A stretch of DNA of 62,982 nucleotides, taken from contig JALGTG010000002.1 in assembly GCA_029821495.1 (NCBI GenBank), forward strand, positions 1 through 62,982. The letters run 5' to 3'. Shown piece after piece: positions 19,851 through 29,650 of the stretch. Position 1 is the first letter of the stretch, and every line of letters starts with the position of its first letter. Source of the DNA: Candidatus Hebobacteria bacterium (GTDB lineage: Bacteria; Armatimonadota; Hebobacteria; Hebobacterales; Hebobacteraceae). The notes under the pieces are model-generated. The model was not told the origin of the DNA. It ran no database searches and saw only the letters and a program-made list of their open reading frames with translations. The translations under genes and the position numbers were made by a program.

Positions 19851-20584
19851 GCTTGGTGGCGCTGCGAAACCTGACGAAGACATACCACGCGGGCACAGTC
19901 CCCGTGGAGGCCCTCCGCGGTCTGGATTTCGACATGGAGGAAGGCGAGTTCGTCGCCGTCATGGGCCGCTCCGGATCGGGCAAGACGACGTTGCTCAACA
20001 TCGTTGGCTGTGTGGAGAAGCCGACCAGCGGGCGCTACCTACTGGCGGGGGAGGAGGTGGCACAGCTCAACGATGACCAACGTTCGGTTCTCCGGCTGCG
20101 GCGAATCGGCTTCGTCTTCCAGTCCTACAACCTCCTGCCAGGCATGTCGGCGATCGACAATGTGCTGCTCCCCACGGTGTACAGCGGCATCCCTGACGCC
20201 CCGCAGCGCGCGCAGGAGGCATTGGCCCGAGTCGGCCTCGACGGACGAGGCCATCACCTCCCCAGTCAGCTCTCGGGCGGAGAGCAGCAGCGCGTCGCCA
20301 TCGCACGTGCCCTCATCAACAGCCCCTCCATCATCCTCGCCGACGAGCCCACCGGGAACCTGGATACCCGCCGGGGCCAGGAGGTGCTAACCCTATTCCA
20401 GGACCTGCACAGGGAAGGGATCACCATTGTGCTGGTCACGCATGAGCAGCAGGTGGCCCAGCATGCCCAGCGGATCGTGCGGCTCATGGACGGACGCGTA
20501 GTGACCGACAGACGCGTAGACCAACCACTCGACGCAGCGGCGGTGCTCGCCCAGATGGTCGCGGAGAGCGAGGACGCAATATGA
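19847..20584 (+). CDS. ABC transporter ATP-binding protein (MacB/LolD-type)
   Basis: Walker [10 protein letters not shown], signature [15 protein letters not shown], Walker [17 protein letters not shown] overlaps at both ends. Confidence 0.95.
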   Translation: MSLVALRNLTKTYHAGTVPVEALRGLDFDMEEGEFVAVMGRSGSGKTTLLNIVGCVEKPTSGRYLLAGEEVAQLNDDQRSVLRLRRIGFVFQSYNLLPGMSAIDNVLLPTVYSGIPDAPQRAQEALARVGLDGRGHHLPSQLSGGEQQRVAIARALINSPSIILADEPTGNLDTRRGQEVLTLFQDLHREGITIVLVTHEQQVAQHAQRIVRLMDGRVVTDRRVDQPLDAAAVLAQMVAESEDAI

Positions 20585-22002
20585 ACAGGCCGCTGATTAT
20601 TGCCATCGCGCTTGTCCTCGCCGTCCTGGGCGCCTGGATGCTGCAGTCCACCCGGGCCGAACGGGCCTCTGTCAACGCTGACATCCCAACAGCAGAGGTC
20701 ACGCAAGGCCCACTGGTGATCGCTCTCCCCATAAGCGGCACTCTTGAGTCCGCGGAGGAAACCCCGGCGCGCGGGGAGATCGGCGGCATCCTCGTGGACA
20801 TCTGCCTGGACAACAGCTCGGTGCAGCCAGGAGACTTCATCTACCAGCTCGACACGGGAGAATTGGCTGAGGACCGCGAAGGGCGCCTGCGAGCCCTGGC
20901 GGACGCACAAGAAGGGCTGAACAGCACTCAGGATGACTCAGAGACGAGGATCACGCAGGCAGAGGGCGATGCCGACGGGGCGCGTGAGGCACTCGCGCTC
21001 GTGCAGGAGAGAGCGCAGGCGGAGCGCGCTAAGACACGCGCTCAGGTGGAGTATGCCCAGGGCCAGCTCGCGCGCGCCCAACGCGAGTTGACGCGGTCTC
21101 AACGCCTCGCAGAGCTCAACTACATCCCAGGCACGAAGCTCCGCCAGGCAGAGAAGGCATATCGCCGACAGCAGTTCGAGCTCGACCAGCTCCATGCCGA
21201 GTACGCGGACGTGGAGATGCGCACCGCCGAGCAGGTGCAGAGCGCAGAGACCGAACTGGCGCTGGCCCTGCATGAACTGGAGACGGCAAAGGCCGATGCT
21301 CGCTCTCAACTGGCGGATTCCCGCGTTCGCGTGGCGGAGGCGGAACGCAGGCTGGCCGATGTAGAAGAGAAGATCGTCCAGTGCACGGTGAGCGCCCCGG
21401 CCGCAGGTTTGGCCGTCATCCAGACCAACTCCCGCAACTGGCCCGAGCGACGGCCCTACCGCCTCGGCGATCGGGTCGAAGCGGGCGACGCTCCGGTCAC
21501 CATCTACAACCTCAACAAGATGCAGATACGCTGCCAGATCGGCGAGATGGACATCTCGCGCGTGCAACGCGGTCAGGATGCCTTCGTGGTGCCAAGCAGA
21601 GGGGGCGAACGCTATCGCGGCAAGATAGCCCTCGTCGAGGAGCTGGCAAAGGAGGCCAACGTCTGGGAGGGCGGCACGCCCGGCAAGCGGGTATTCGGAG
21701 TGCTCGTCGCGCTCGACGAGACCGATCCCGCTCGGCTTCGGCCGGGCATGACTGTCGACCTCGAGGTGGTGCTCGAGCGTCTTCCTGAGACCATCCTCGC
21801 GCCGATCCGCGCGGTGTTCGCGGAGAGTGACGGGCACGTGGTCTACCGCACCGGCGGGCGAGCCCTCGAGCGCGTACCTGTCACCATTGGGCCGCGGAAC
21901 GACCTGTTCGTTGAGATCCATAGCGGCTTGCAGGCCGGGGACCGGATCGCGCTGGAGCAACCGCCGGCACTTCCGGGTGAAGGCGCGGAGGAACCGAGAT
22001 GA
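20581..22002 (+). CDS. HlyD-family membrane fusion protein (adaptor 2 of 3)
   Basis: TM anchor ([16 protein letters not shown]), a coiled-coil central region and [10 protein letters not shown] lipoyl and beta-barrel motifs. Confidence 0.85.
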   Translation: MNRPLIIAIALVLAVLGAWMLQSTRAERASVNADIPTAEVTQGPLVIALPISGTLESAEETPARGEIGGILVDICLDNSSVQPGDFIYQLDTGELAEDREGRLRALADAQEGLNSTQDDSETRITQAEGDADGAREALALVQERAQAERAKTRAQVEYAQGQLARAQRELTRSQRLAELNYIPGTKLRQAEKAYRRQQFELDQLHAEYADVEMRTAEQVQSAETELALALHELETAKADARSQLADSRVRVAEAERRLADVEEKIVQCTVSAPAAGLAVIQTNSRNWPERRPYRLGDRVEAGDAPVTIYNLNKMQIRCQIGEMDISRVQRGQDAFVVPSRGGERYRGKIALVEELAKEANVWEGGTPGKRVFGVLVALDETDPARLRPGMTVDLEVVLERLPETILAPIRAVFAESDGHVVYRTGGRALERVPVTIGPRNDLFVEIHSGLQAGDRIALEQPPALPGEGAEEPR

Positions 22003-23456
22003 GAGCTGTCCCGAAAACCGCCTTCCTCGCCGCAGCCGGGCTCCTTGTTCTGGTGGGGTGGCTCGGCGTGCGAGCGCGACTTGCTGATGCCCGCACAGCC
22101 AGCCACGGCTCCGACCTCGTCGTGACCACCACTGTCAAGCGTCAGGACCTGCTGCTGACCGTGACCCATACGGGCGTCGTCGCCGCCAAGAACGCCACCC
22201 CGGTGATCCCTGAGATATCAGGCCGCATCCAATGGGTCTGCGCCAACGGCTCTGTCGTGTCCAAGGGCGACACTATCCTCCGCCTCGATCCAACCAGAGC
22301 CCAGGAACAGGTGACTGATCTCACCGTCCGATACGAAGAAGCGCTGCGACGTCAGGCGGAAGCTGATGCCGTCGGCAGAGCCCGTATGCAGGAGAATCAA
22401 CTCCGGCTCCAACGGGCTGAGGATGAAGCGGCCGCCTTTGAACGACAGCAGGAGGAGACGCTGAGGCGGTCGGATGACTCGATCGCCTTCGACGCGGGCG
22501 AACTCACCTACCGGAGGGAGGAGGCCGAGGCGAAGGAGCGGCTGGCAGACAAGGGCTATGTGCCCGACACAGAGGCCGAGCGTGAAGCCGCCGGCCTCAA
22601 GGCGGCGGAGTTTTCTGTGAGCCGAGCACGCACTGAGCAAGAGCTGAAGACTCTCCAGGCGACCTCTGAGGCCCTCGATCGGAGCCAGAACGTGGGCTGG
22701 ACCATGCGGAGCATGTCCTGGACCCGCAGTCGTTCGGAGCGGGAGATCCGCATGAGCGGCAATCAGGTCGAGAACCTCGGTATACAGCTAGAGCGCGCCC
22801 GCGAGGATCTGGTACGCACCACGCTGGCTGCGCCGGTCGGTGGCCTCGTTGTCCTCTCCGCGGAAGGGCGCTGGCGCGGCGAATCCCGCCCTCCGCGTCC
22901 GGGCGACTGGGTATCCCAGGGCCGCGAGGCGGCACAGATTGTGAGCCTCGAGCAGCTACAGGTCAAGCTTGAGCTCGGTCAATCGCAGATCACCATGGTA
23001 AGTATGGGACAGCCTGCCCAAGTCACCCTGGAGGCGATGCCCCAAGAGGTGCTGGAGGGCAAGGTGATAGCGATCGGGCAGACCGCGCGCCGGCCGCCCG
23101 TCCAAGGCTGGATGGGAATGTCGTCCACCGCCACTTTCCCGGTCACCGTCGAGCTCCCTCCCACTGGCACCGCCATGATACGCCCCGGCATGCATGCCAC
23201 CGTTCGCATCGTCTCAAGCACCATCGAGGACGTGATAGTGGTCCCGACCGCGTGCATATTCCACCGCGACGGGCACTCTATCGTGTTCGCCGAACGCGAC
23301 GGGAAGTTCATCCCAGTCTCCGTCACCACCGGCGAGTCGAACGGCGACTACACGGCCATCACAGAGGGCCTCAGAGAGGGAGAACGGATCGCCCTCAATG
23401 ATCTCGGCACGAGCCCTGACCAGCAGCCACTCCTGCCCGAAGCGAGGGAGCAGTGA
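21999..23456 (+). CDS. HlyD-family membrane fusion protein (adaptor 3 of 3)
   Basis: TM anchor (AFLAAAGLLVLVGWLGV), VSKGDTILRLD .. LAAPVGGLVV lipoyl halves and a coiled coil. ATGA start overlap and GTGA overlap with the permease. Confidence 0.85.
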   Translation: MRAVPKTAFLAAAGLLVLVGWLGVRARLADARTASHGSDLVVTTTVKRQDLLLTVTHTGVVAAKNATPVIPEISGRIQWVCANGSVVSKGDTILRLDPTRAQEQVTDLTVRYEEALRRQAEADAVGRARMQENQLRLQRAEDEAAAFERQQEETLRRSDDSIAFDAGELTYRREEAEAKERLADKGYVPDTEAEREAAGLKAAEFSVSRARTEQELKTLQATSEALDRSQNVGWTMRSMSWTRSRSEREIRMSGNQVENLGIQLERAREDLVRTTLAAPVGGLVVLSAEGRWRGESRPPRPGDWVSQGREAAQIVSLEQLQVKLELGQSQITMVSMGQPAQVTLEAMPQEVLEGKVIAIGQTARRPPVQGWMGMSSTATFPVTVELPPTGTAMIRPGMHATVRIVSSTIEDVIVVPTACIFHRDGHSIVFAERDGKFIPVSVTTGESNGDYTAITEGLREGERIALNDLGTSPDQQPLLPEAREQ

Positions 23457-24778
23457 GAATAGGGTCGAGCCTAGCCTCGCTGACCGCGCCGGTCAAGACC
23501 GGATTCCGGGAGCTCCGGAGCCACAAGCTCCGCTCGCTGCTGACGATGCTCGGTGTCATCTTCGGTGTGTCTGCGGTCATCGCTATGGTCTCCATCGGGG
23601 AGGGCGCCCGCCTGGAGACGCTCCAGCAGATCCAGCAATTGGGCATCGACGTCCTCCATGTGCGCAGGGTCGCGCTCGCGGGTGAAATGGAGGACCAAGC
23701 GGCGAAGACTTCTCCCTTTGGCCTCAACTACGGAGACGCGCTGGCGCTCGAAGAGCTGTGCGACTTCGCCACCCGCGTTGTGCCCTCGTGTCGCGTGTTC
23801 GGCGAGGTATCCGCCCGCGGGAAGGCCGTCGACGCCCGCGTCTTCGGCACCTCGCCCGACTACGCGGCCGCCCTCAACCTGAACGTTGCCGAAGGCCGCT
23901 TCATCGACGATGAAGATCTCGCCCGTCGCGCCCACGTCTGTGTGCTCGGCGCTGAGGTTAAGCGTGAGGCCTTCGCCTTCGAGAATCCAGTGGGCAAGCT
24001 TATCAAGATCGGCCTCAGCAATTTCCGGGTGATCGGCGTGATGCGGGAGCAGGTCTTGGAGACCTCAGAGACCACCCTCGCGCTGCGCGATCTGAACCAG
24101 GACGTGTACATCCCCATCAGTGTCGCCATCGAAGACTTCCAGCTCTATATGGAGAAGGCGATCCCCATGAACCCGGAGGCGGTGATGGGACTGGTGGGCT
24201 CGATGTTCGAGCGGCCGCCGCTCGTTCGCCGGCCCATCAGCGAGGTCGCCGTGCAGGTGAAGAACCCGGACATGACCGTGCCGGCCGCGCAAGTCGTGAA
24301 GCAGATACTCGACCAACGCCATGGCAATGTGCCGGACTTCGAGATCGTCATCCCGATCGAGCTGTTGCGGCAGCGCCAGCATACCCAGCGGATCTTCAAC
24401 GTCGTCATGGGTGCCATCGCCGGCATCTCACTGCTGGTGGGCGGCATCGGAATCATGAACATCATGCTTGCCACGGTCACCCAGCGCGCCAGAGAGATCG
24501 GTATCAGACGGTGCATCGGCGCCAAGCGCGGCGACATCATCCGCCAGTTCCTGGTCGAGTGCCTGGTCATCACGATGATCGGAGGCGTGCTCGGCGTCGG
24601 CGGCGGCATAGGCGCGGCAGAGGCAATATCCCGCTATGCTGGATGGAAGACGGTGGTCGCCGGCACCGCGGTATTCCTCTCACTCGGAGTCTCGATATCA
24701 GTAGGACTGATCTTCGGCCTCTACCCAGCCATCCGCGCCGCCTCCATCGAACCCATGGAGGCGCTGAGGGCAGAGTAG
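23453..24778 (+). CDS. ABC transporter permease, MacB-type (MacB periplasmic domain plus FtsX domain)
   Basis: N-terminal TM (LRSLLTMLGVIFGVSAVIAMV), a large periplasmic domain and the FtsX motif region (EIGIRRCIGAKRGDIIRQFLVECLVITMIGG). Confidence 0.9.
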   Translation: MRIGSSLASLTAPVKTGFRELRSHKLRSLLTMLGVIFGVSAVIAMVSIGEGARLETLQQIQQLGIDVLHVRRVALAGEMEDQAAKTSPFGLNYGDALALEELCDFATRVVPSCRVFGEVSARGKAVDARVFGTSPDYAAALNLNVAEGRFIDDEDLARRAHVCVLGAEVKREAFAFENPVGKLIKIGLSNFRVIGVMREQVLETSETTLALRDLNQDVYIPISVAIEDFQLYMEKAIPMNPEAVMGLVGSMFERPPLVRRPISEVAVQVKNPDMTVPAAQVVKQILDQRHGNVPDFEIVIPIELLRQRQHTQRIFNVVMGAIAGISLLVGGIGIMNIMLATVTQRAREIGIRRCIGAKRGDIIRQFLVECLVITMIGGVLGVGGGIGAAEAISRYAGWKTVVAGTAVFLSLGVSISVGLIFGLYPAIRAASIEPMEALRAE

Positions 24779-24870
24779 TCGCCCCTGCCGGAATCCACCT
24801 GCTGCATGGCTCATCATACCTGGTGACCGACGGAAACGAACGCTGATCTTGCGGACAGGAGGTATGCATA

Positions 24871-25431
24871 ATGAGACGTTTCGGTGTTGTCATGCTGGCG
24901 ACAGCGGCCATCCTTGTGCTCGTAGTGGGTCTCCTCCTGGCCCAGCCCGGAAGAGGCGCCAGCGGCGCCGCCGGCGGGGGAGCACGGGCTGGCCAGGGCG
25001 GCTACGCCGGTCTCCCAGACACGAGTGAATGGGAGCTGGCGCGGCTGAGCAGGACCCTCACCGAGGCACGGCTGATCGGTGACGAGCGCAGCGACGCAGA
25101 GGCCGCGGTCAAAGCGAAGCTGGAAGCGCGTCGCGCCCTACTCACGGCCCTTGGCGAGCTGCGCGCGGCAACCGAGGACATCAAGGCAACCGATGAGGGG
25201 CTGACCCAGGCGATGGCCGCCTACCAGAAGGCGCTGGCCAAGTACCGCGGCGAGGTAGCGGCCCAGGACAAAGCACTGGAGCCCAAGCTCTCCGTGCGGA
25301 GCCAGGCGCGATGCCTGTCCATTGGCATCCTCGACAATGGGATGGGGATGGGCGGGACGCGGTTCGGCCGCGGCGCGGGCGGCGGAGGCCGCGGGGGCGG
25401 TGGGGGCCGCGGCGGCCGCCGCGGCTTCTAG
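24871..25431 (+). CDS. hypothetical exported helical protein with a Gly/Arg-rich C-terminal tail
   Basis: 186-aa ORF with an N-terminal TM/signal (VVMLATAAILVLVVGLLLA), an alpha-helical A/E/K-rich core and the tail GMGMGGTRFGRGAGGGGRGGGGGRGGRRGF. I recognise no family. Confidence 0.55.
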   Translation: MRRFGVVMLATAAILVLVVGLLLAQPGRGASGAAGGGARAGQGGYAGLPDTSEWELARLSRTLTEARLIGDERSDAEAAVKAKLEARRALLTALGELRAATEDIKATDEGLTQAMAAYQKALAKYRGEVAAQDKALEPKLSVRSQARCLSIGILDNGMGMGGTRFGRGAGGGGRGGGGGRGGRRGF

Positions 25432-25817
25432 GCGCACCCTCGGCGCATAGCGACAACACAGAGCTTCGCGCCATGGCTGTCGATGGTGACGGGCTGCCCA
25501 CTGGTACGCACTGAGAAGACGGGTTCGTGAGCAGCCTCACGCGCTTGGGGCGCGTGCCGCCGCCTCTCCGTCCATCCGCTCTCGATCTTGATCGTCGCCA
25601 CACCCCGGGCCGCCCTTCGAGGCCGGTCCCTGGTAGCGGAAGCCAGCCTGAGCCTCGCGTAGATGTATGGACCACACCGGGCAGCGCACTCCGGCGAGTG
25701 CTGCTCGTTCCCATTTGCGTCCCAGCGCGACTCCGGCCGTGGCAGGAGAGACACTCTCGACCTACGAAGTATCAACCTGCTCGGCGAACGCTCAGTCTCG
25801 CATGGAGGACAGCCGCG

Positions 25818-26018
25818 ATGCCTACCGTTACGGTGGAAGGCCCGATCCTTCGGGACATCGAAAAGAAAAGGAGCCTGGTCAAGGGGATCACCGACGTCGT
25901 CGTCGAGACATACGGAATAGAGCATGTCACCGTGCTCATCAAGGAGAACCCGCCGGAGAACGTGGGCGCGGGCGGCACCTTGATCGCAGACCGTCACAGA
26001 GCGCGGGAAAGCGACTGA
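25818..26018 (+). CDS. 4-oxalocrotonate tautomerase family protein
   Basis: 66-aa product starting MPTVTVEG (Pro-1 after Met removal). GGAGGA lies 9 nt upstream. It sits inside a longer ORF (25527..) whose N-terminal part looks non-coding. Confidence 0.75.
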   Translation: MPTVTVEGPILRDIEKKRSLVKGITDVVVETYGIEHVTVLIKENPPENVGAGGTLIADRHRARESD

Positions 26019-26061
26019 CAGGGCCGGCGATCTAGCTCCGTCCGGCGCCAAGCAGGCATAG

Positions 26062-27216
26062 ATGATATCGCCGCTCAAGACCATGATAGTGATGGGCACG
26101 CGGCCTGAGGTGATGAAGCTCGGGCCGGTCGTGCTGGAGCTGAGGCGGCATGCAAAGCACTTCCGCGTGACGCTGGTGGGTACGGGACAGCACCGCGACT
26201 TGGTGCCGCAGTACCTGGAGCTGTTTCGGCTGAAGCTGGATCACGATCTTGGCGTGATGAAGCCGCGGCAGACGCTCGCGGATATCACAAGCCGGACGAT
26301 GAGCCGGATGTATGCGCTGCTCGGGGGGGAGCGGCCGGATGTCGTAGTGGTGGAGGGGGATACGTCGGCGGTGCTGGTGGCGGGGCTGGCGGCGTTCTAC
26401 CGGCAGATACCGGTGGCGCACGTGGAGGCGGGGCTACGGTCGGGGGACCGCTATGACCCGTTTCCGGAGGAGATGAACCGGCGGCTGGTCAGCGGGCTGG
26501 CGGAGATTCACTTCGCGCCGACGTCCGGCGCGCGGGAGAACCTGCTTCGTGAGAGTGTGGCGGCCGAGAGTGTCTTCGTGACGGGCAACACATCAGTGGA
26601 CGCGGTGCTGTTTGCGGCGAAGCGGCGGCCGCGGCGTGCGGCGGTGCCCGCGCGATGCCTGAAAGGCCGACGGCTGGTACTGGCGACGGCACACCGGCGG
26701 GAGAGCTGGGACAGAGGGATCGAGGAGATTTGCCTGGCGTTGGGGGACCTGGCGGAGGCGTTCTCCGATGTGGTGATCGTCTACGCGGTGCACCCGAACC
26801 CGGTGGTGAGGGAGACGGCGGAGCGTGTGCTCGGGGGCAGGGAGAGAGTGCACCTGATCGAGCCGCCGGGGTATGTTGAGTTCGTCGATCTGATGAAGCG
26901 GTGCCGCCTAATACTCACGGACTCGGGGGGAATCCAGGAAGAGGCGCCGTCGCTGAACAAGCCGACGCTGGTGATGCGGCGGACGACGGAGCGGCGGGAG
27001 GGGGTGGACGCCGGATGCACGGAGCTGGTGGGCACGAAGCGGAAGCGCATCTTCGAGCGTGCGTCGGCGTTGCTGGCTGACGCGGATGTGTACCGGGCGA
27101 TGGCTTCGCCCGGGAATCCGTTCGGGGATGGGAAGGCATCGGCGCGGATCCGGCGCGCGCTGGCATATCACTTCGGGTTGAGTCGGCGGCGGCCGCGGGA
27201 CTTCTCGGCCGAGTGA
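26062..27216 (+). CDS. wecB: UDP-N-acetylglucosamine 2-epimerase (non-hydrolysing)
   Basis: Motifs MGTRPEVMKLGPV, HVEAGLRS, PFPEEMNRR and TDSGGIQEEAPSLNKPTLVMR. Confidence 0.9.
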   Translation: MISPLKTMIVMGTRPEVMKLGPVVLELRRHAKHFRVTLVGTGQHRDLVPQYLELFRLKLDHDLGVMKPRQTLADITSRTMSRMYALLGGERPDVVVVEGDTSAVLVAGLAAFYRQIPVAHVEAGLRSGDRYDPFPEEMNRRLVSGLAEIHFAPTSGARENLLRESVAAESVFVTGNTSVDAVLFAAKRRPRRAAVPARCLKGRRLVLATAHRRESWDRGIEEICLALGDLAEAFSDVVIVYAVHPNPVVRETAERVLGGRERVHLIEPPGYVEFVDLMKRCRLILTDSGGIQEEAPSLNKPTLVMRRTTERREGVDAGCTELVGTKRKRIFERASALLADADVYRAMASPGNPFGDGKASARIRRALAYHFGLSRRRPRDFSAE

Positions 27217-28325
27217 CGAGGAGGGCGCGGGGCGACGGCGAGGCCCGTCCTGCGGGCAGGATGGGCGCGGTGAGCGACATGCCGGGGCTCTTTGCGATTC
27301 CAGTTGCGATTGCCGCTCTTGTGTGCGGCCTTGTGGCGATGCCGAAGGGGACCCAGGAGGGTGCACTTGCTGGCGACTGGGTCGCGAGGGTGGACGGAGA
27401 GCCGATATCCGTTAGGCTGTTCGAACGGCGGGTCGCCGCGAATCGGGCCCGCGCGTACGCACACTTCAGGCAGACGTACGGGGCGGAGGACAGCGCGGGC
27501 TTCTGGACGAGCAGCTACGGCGGGGAGACGCCGCTGGCGTGGACCAAGAAGCGGGCGCTGGCTGAGTGTGTGAGGATCAAGCTGGAGCAGGTGTTGGCGA
27601 GAGAGAAGGGCGTGATCGAGGACATCGGCTACGCGGCGTTTCTGGAGAACTTGGAGAGGGAGAACGACAGGAGAAGGAGGGCACTCGCGGCCGGGGAGCC
27701 GATCTACGGGCCGACCGAGTACGGGGAGGACACGTACTTCTCATACCTGTTCAGCAACACCGTGATTGAGCTGAAGCGCCGGCTGGGAAGGAAGGAGCTG
27801 GAGGCCACTGAGGAGGAGTTGAAGGCGCACTATGAAGACGTGAAGGACGAGCTGTACAAGCAGGGAGACCGTGTTAGCATTTGGGCTGTGAAGGTGCCGT
27901 TCGGGGCGGGCGGTGCGAGCTCGGAGGATGCGCGGGCGAGGATTGAGGAGATGAAGGCGCTGGCGGCGGAGGCGGGTAGCTTAGCACAGCTGGCCGCGAG
28001 GAGCGGCGGGGAAGCATCGGTGGGGGAGGAGGTGTTCGACGATGCGAGCGCGCGTTTCGACTGGGGCCGGCGGCCGCGGATGAGGGAGGAGGCCATGAAG
28101 CTGTCCGAGGGGGAGACGAGCCGGGTGTTCGAGGAGCGGGGAGCGTTCTGGGTTCTGAAGTGCGCAGCGCGGGAGCGGCTTGAGCACATGCCCTTCGACG
28201 AGGTGAGGCAGAACGTGCGGGCCAGGTATGTTGATGAGAAGTACGAGGAGATTATGGCGGGGTTGGTGGCGAGCGCAGAGATCGAGATTAACCGGGGTGT
28301 CTACCACGGGCTGCGGGCGAGGTAG
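27213..28325 (+). CDS. membrane-anchored parvulin (PpiC)/SurA-like peptidyl-prolyl isomerase (tentative)
   Basis: GTGA overlap with wecB. It has a TM segment (LFAIPVAIAALVCGLVAM), a SurA_N-like helical region and a rotamase-like C-terminal part (VSIWAVKV..GETSRVFEERGAFWVLKC). The start is uncertain. Confidence 0.6.
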   Translation: MTRRARGDGEARPAGRMGAVSDMPGLFAIPVAIAALVCGLVAMPKGTQEGALAGDWVARVDGEPISVRLFERRVAANRARAYAHFRQTYGAEDSAGFWTSSYGGETPLAWTKKRALAECVRIKLEQVLAREKGVIEDIGYAAFLENLERENDRRRRALAAGEPIYGPTEYGEDTYFSYLFSNTVIELKRRLGRKELEATEEELKAHYEDVKDELYKQGDRVSIWAVKVPFGAGGASSEDARARIEEMKALAAEAGSLAQLAARSGGEASVGEEVFDDASARFDWGRRPRMREEAMKLSEGETSRVFEERGAFWVLKCAARERLEHMPFDEVRQNVRARYVDEKYEEIMAGLVASAEIEINRGVYHGLRAR

Positions 28326-28345
28326 GGGTCGACCCGGCGCGGCGC

Positions 28346-28789
28346 TCAACCACGCCGCCAGACAAGCACGGCTGCGAGCAGCAGACCGACGTCCCTTGCG
28401 AACAGGTCCCAAGATGCCTCTGTGGCGCTGAGGCCGCTCACGTCGAAGCACCCGCACTCGATCTCGAGCCCACGGATTTCGGCCTGCGCGATGCCGACCA
28501 TGAACGCGACGGTAAGGGCAGTGAGGATGAGCCCCGCCGCACGACGCCATATGCCGACGACGAGGGCGGCGCCGGCGAGCATCTCGATCCAAGGCATGGC
28601 CAGCGCGAAGGCGTTGATGAAAATGAGGGGGAGCATCTGGTAGTCGTTGACGACGTCGGCGAAGCGGTCGGGGTGCGCGATCTTGTCGAGGCTGGCGTAG
28701 ATGAAGATGCCGCCGATGCAGATACCGACTAGGCGGAGCACTGCCCGGTGGGTCAAGAAGCGGCCGATAGCGTGAATGGTGGCACGCAT
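28346..28789 (-). CDS. MauE/DoxX-family membrane protein
   Basis: Four TM segments with an IECGCF motif (YASLDKIAHPDRFADVVNDYQMLP..EIECGCFD). Start at ATG 28789, 1 nt after the rhodanese stop. Confidence 0.75.
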   Translation of the reverse strand: MRATIHAIGRFLTHRAVLRLVGICIGGIFIYASLDKIAHPDRFADVVNDYQMLPLIFINAFALAMPWIEMLAGAALVVGIWRRAAGLILTALTVAFMVGIAQAEIRGLEIECGCFDVSGLSATEASWDLFARDVGLLLAAVLVWRRG

Positions 28790-28790
28790 G

Positions 28791-29384
28791 TCAGTCGGCC
28801 TTGCCATTGGGGTCGCGGTTGGTGGGGTGCCCGGCTTCCCTCCAGCCATTCCAGCCGCGGTCGAGGACCAGCAGGCGCTCGTAGCCCTCCGCCAGGAGCC
28901 TCTTTCCCTGGCGCGTGCTGAGGCCGCAGTGGCTGCCATAGCAGTAGAGCACGTAGGCGGCGTCGGGCGGGAGCTGTGACTTCATCTCCGGCCACACCTC
29001 GACCCACCTCCGCTGAGCGAAGCTGATAGCCCCGGGGATGTGGTCTCTGTCGTAGTCCTTCTTGTCGCGCGAATCAACGAAGACCGCGCCGTGGGACCGG
29101 AGGATCGAAAGCGCCTCGTCAACGTTGATCTGGGGGAGGCGAGACTCGTACGCACGAGGTATGCCGATGCGCCCGTCGGGACTCGGGTGCCAGCGGATGC
29201 CGAGGGGGTTTGCCATGTTGTACACGGCCCCGACTAGAAGTGCGGCCATGACGAGAATGGCCCCGCGAGCCGCGTGCGGGAAACGCGCCGCGAACCACCG
29301 CAGAAGCGCGCCCGTCCCGCATACTAGTGGACAGGCGGCGGGGCGGGATGCCGGCGGACCCTGGTTACTGCGCGTCTGTCGCAA
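28791..29384 (-). CDS. membrane-anchored rhodanese-domain sulfurtransferase
   Basis: Rhodanese fold motifs (VFVDSRDKKDYDRDHIPGAISF, active-site loop YCYGSHCGLS, GWNGWREAGHP) and one N-terminal TM. The TTG start at 29384 is uncertain. Confidence 0.75.
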   Translation of the reverse strand: MRQTRSNQGPPASRPAACPLVCGTGALLRWFAARFPHAARGAILVMAALLVGAVYNMANPLGIRWHPSPDGRIGIPRAYESRLPQINVDEALSILRSHGAVFVDSRDKKDYDRDHIPGAISFAQRRWVEVWPEMKSQLPPDAAYVLYCYGSHCGLSTRQGKRLLAEGYERLLVLDRGWNGWREAGHPTNRDPNGKAD

Positions 29385-29650
29385 TCCTCTGCCGTCCTCT
29401 CATAGCGCCGGCTGCGGCGGAGGCCGCGCCCGCGGCGCGCCGTGTGCTCTTGCGCAGTTGAGGATTCGCCGCGGCCGCCGGGGGCCCCTGCAAAAACTAG
29501 TGAGACACATCACAGACTTCGTCTTATCGCAGGCGAGGGCCTTGCGATGTGCTGGCTTCATAGGGGGGTACGGGGCGGATGGGGACGGCGGCAGGAGGCT
29601 GTCCATGGGCGGACGAAGGAGTGAGTATCTCTTGCCGAGGAGGGACTCGG

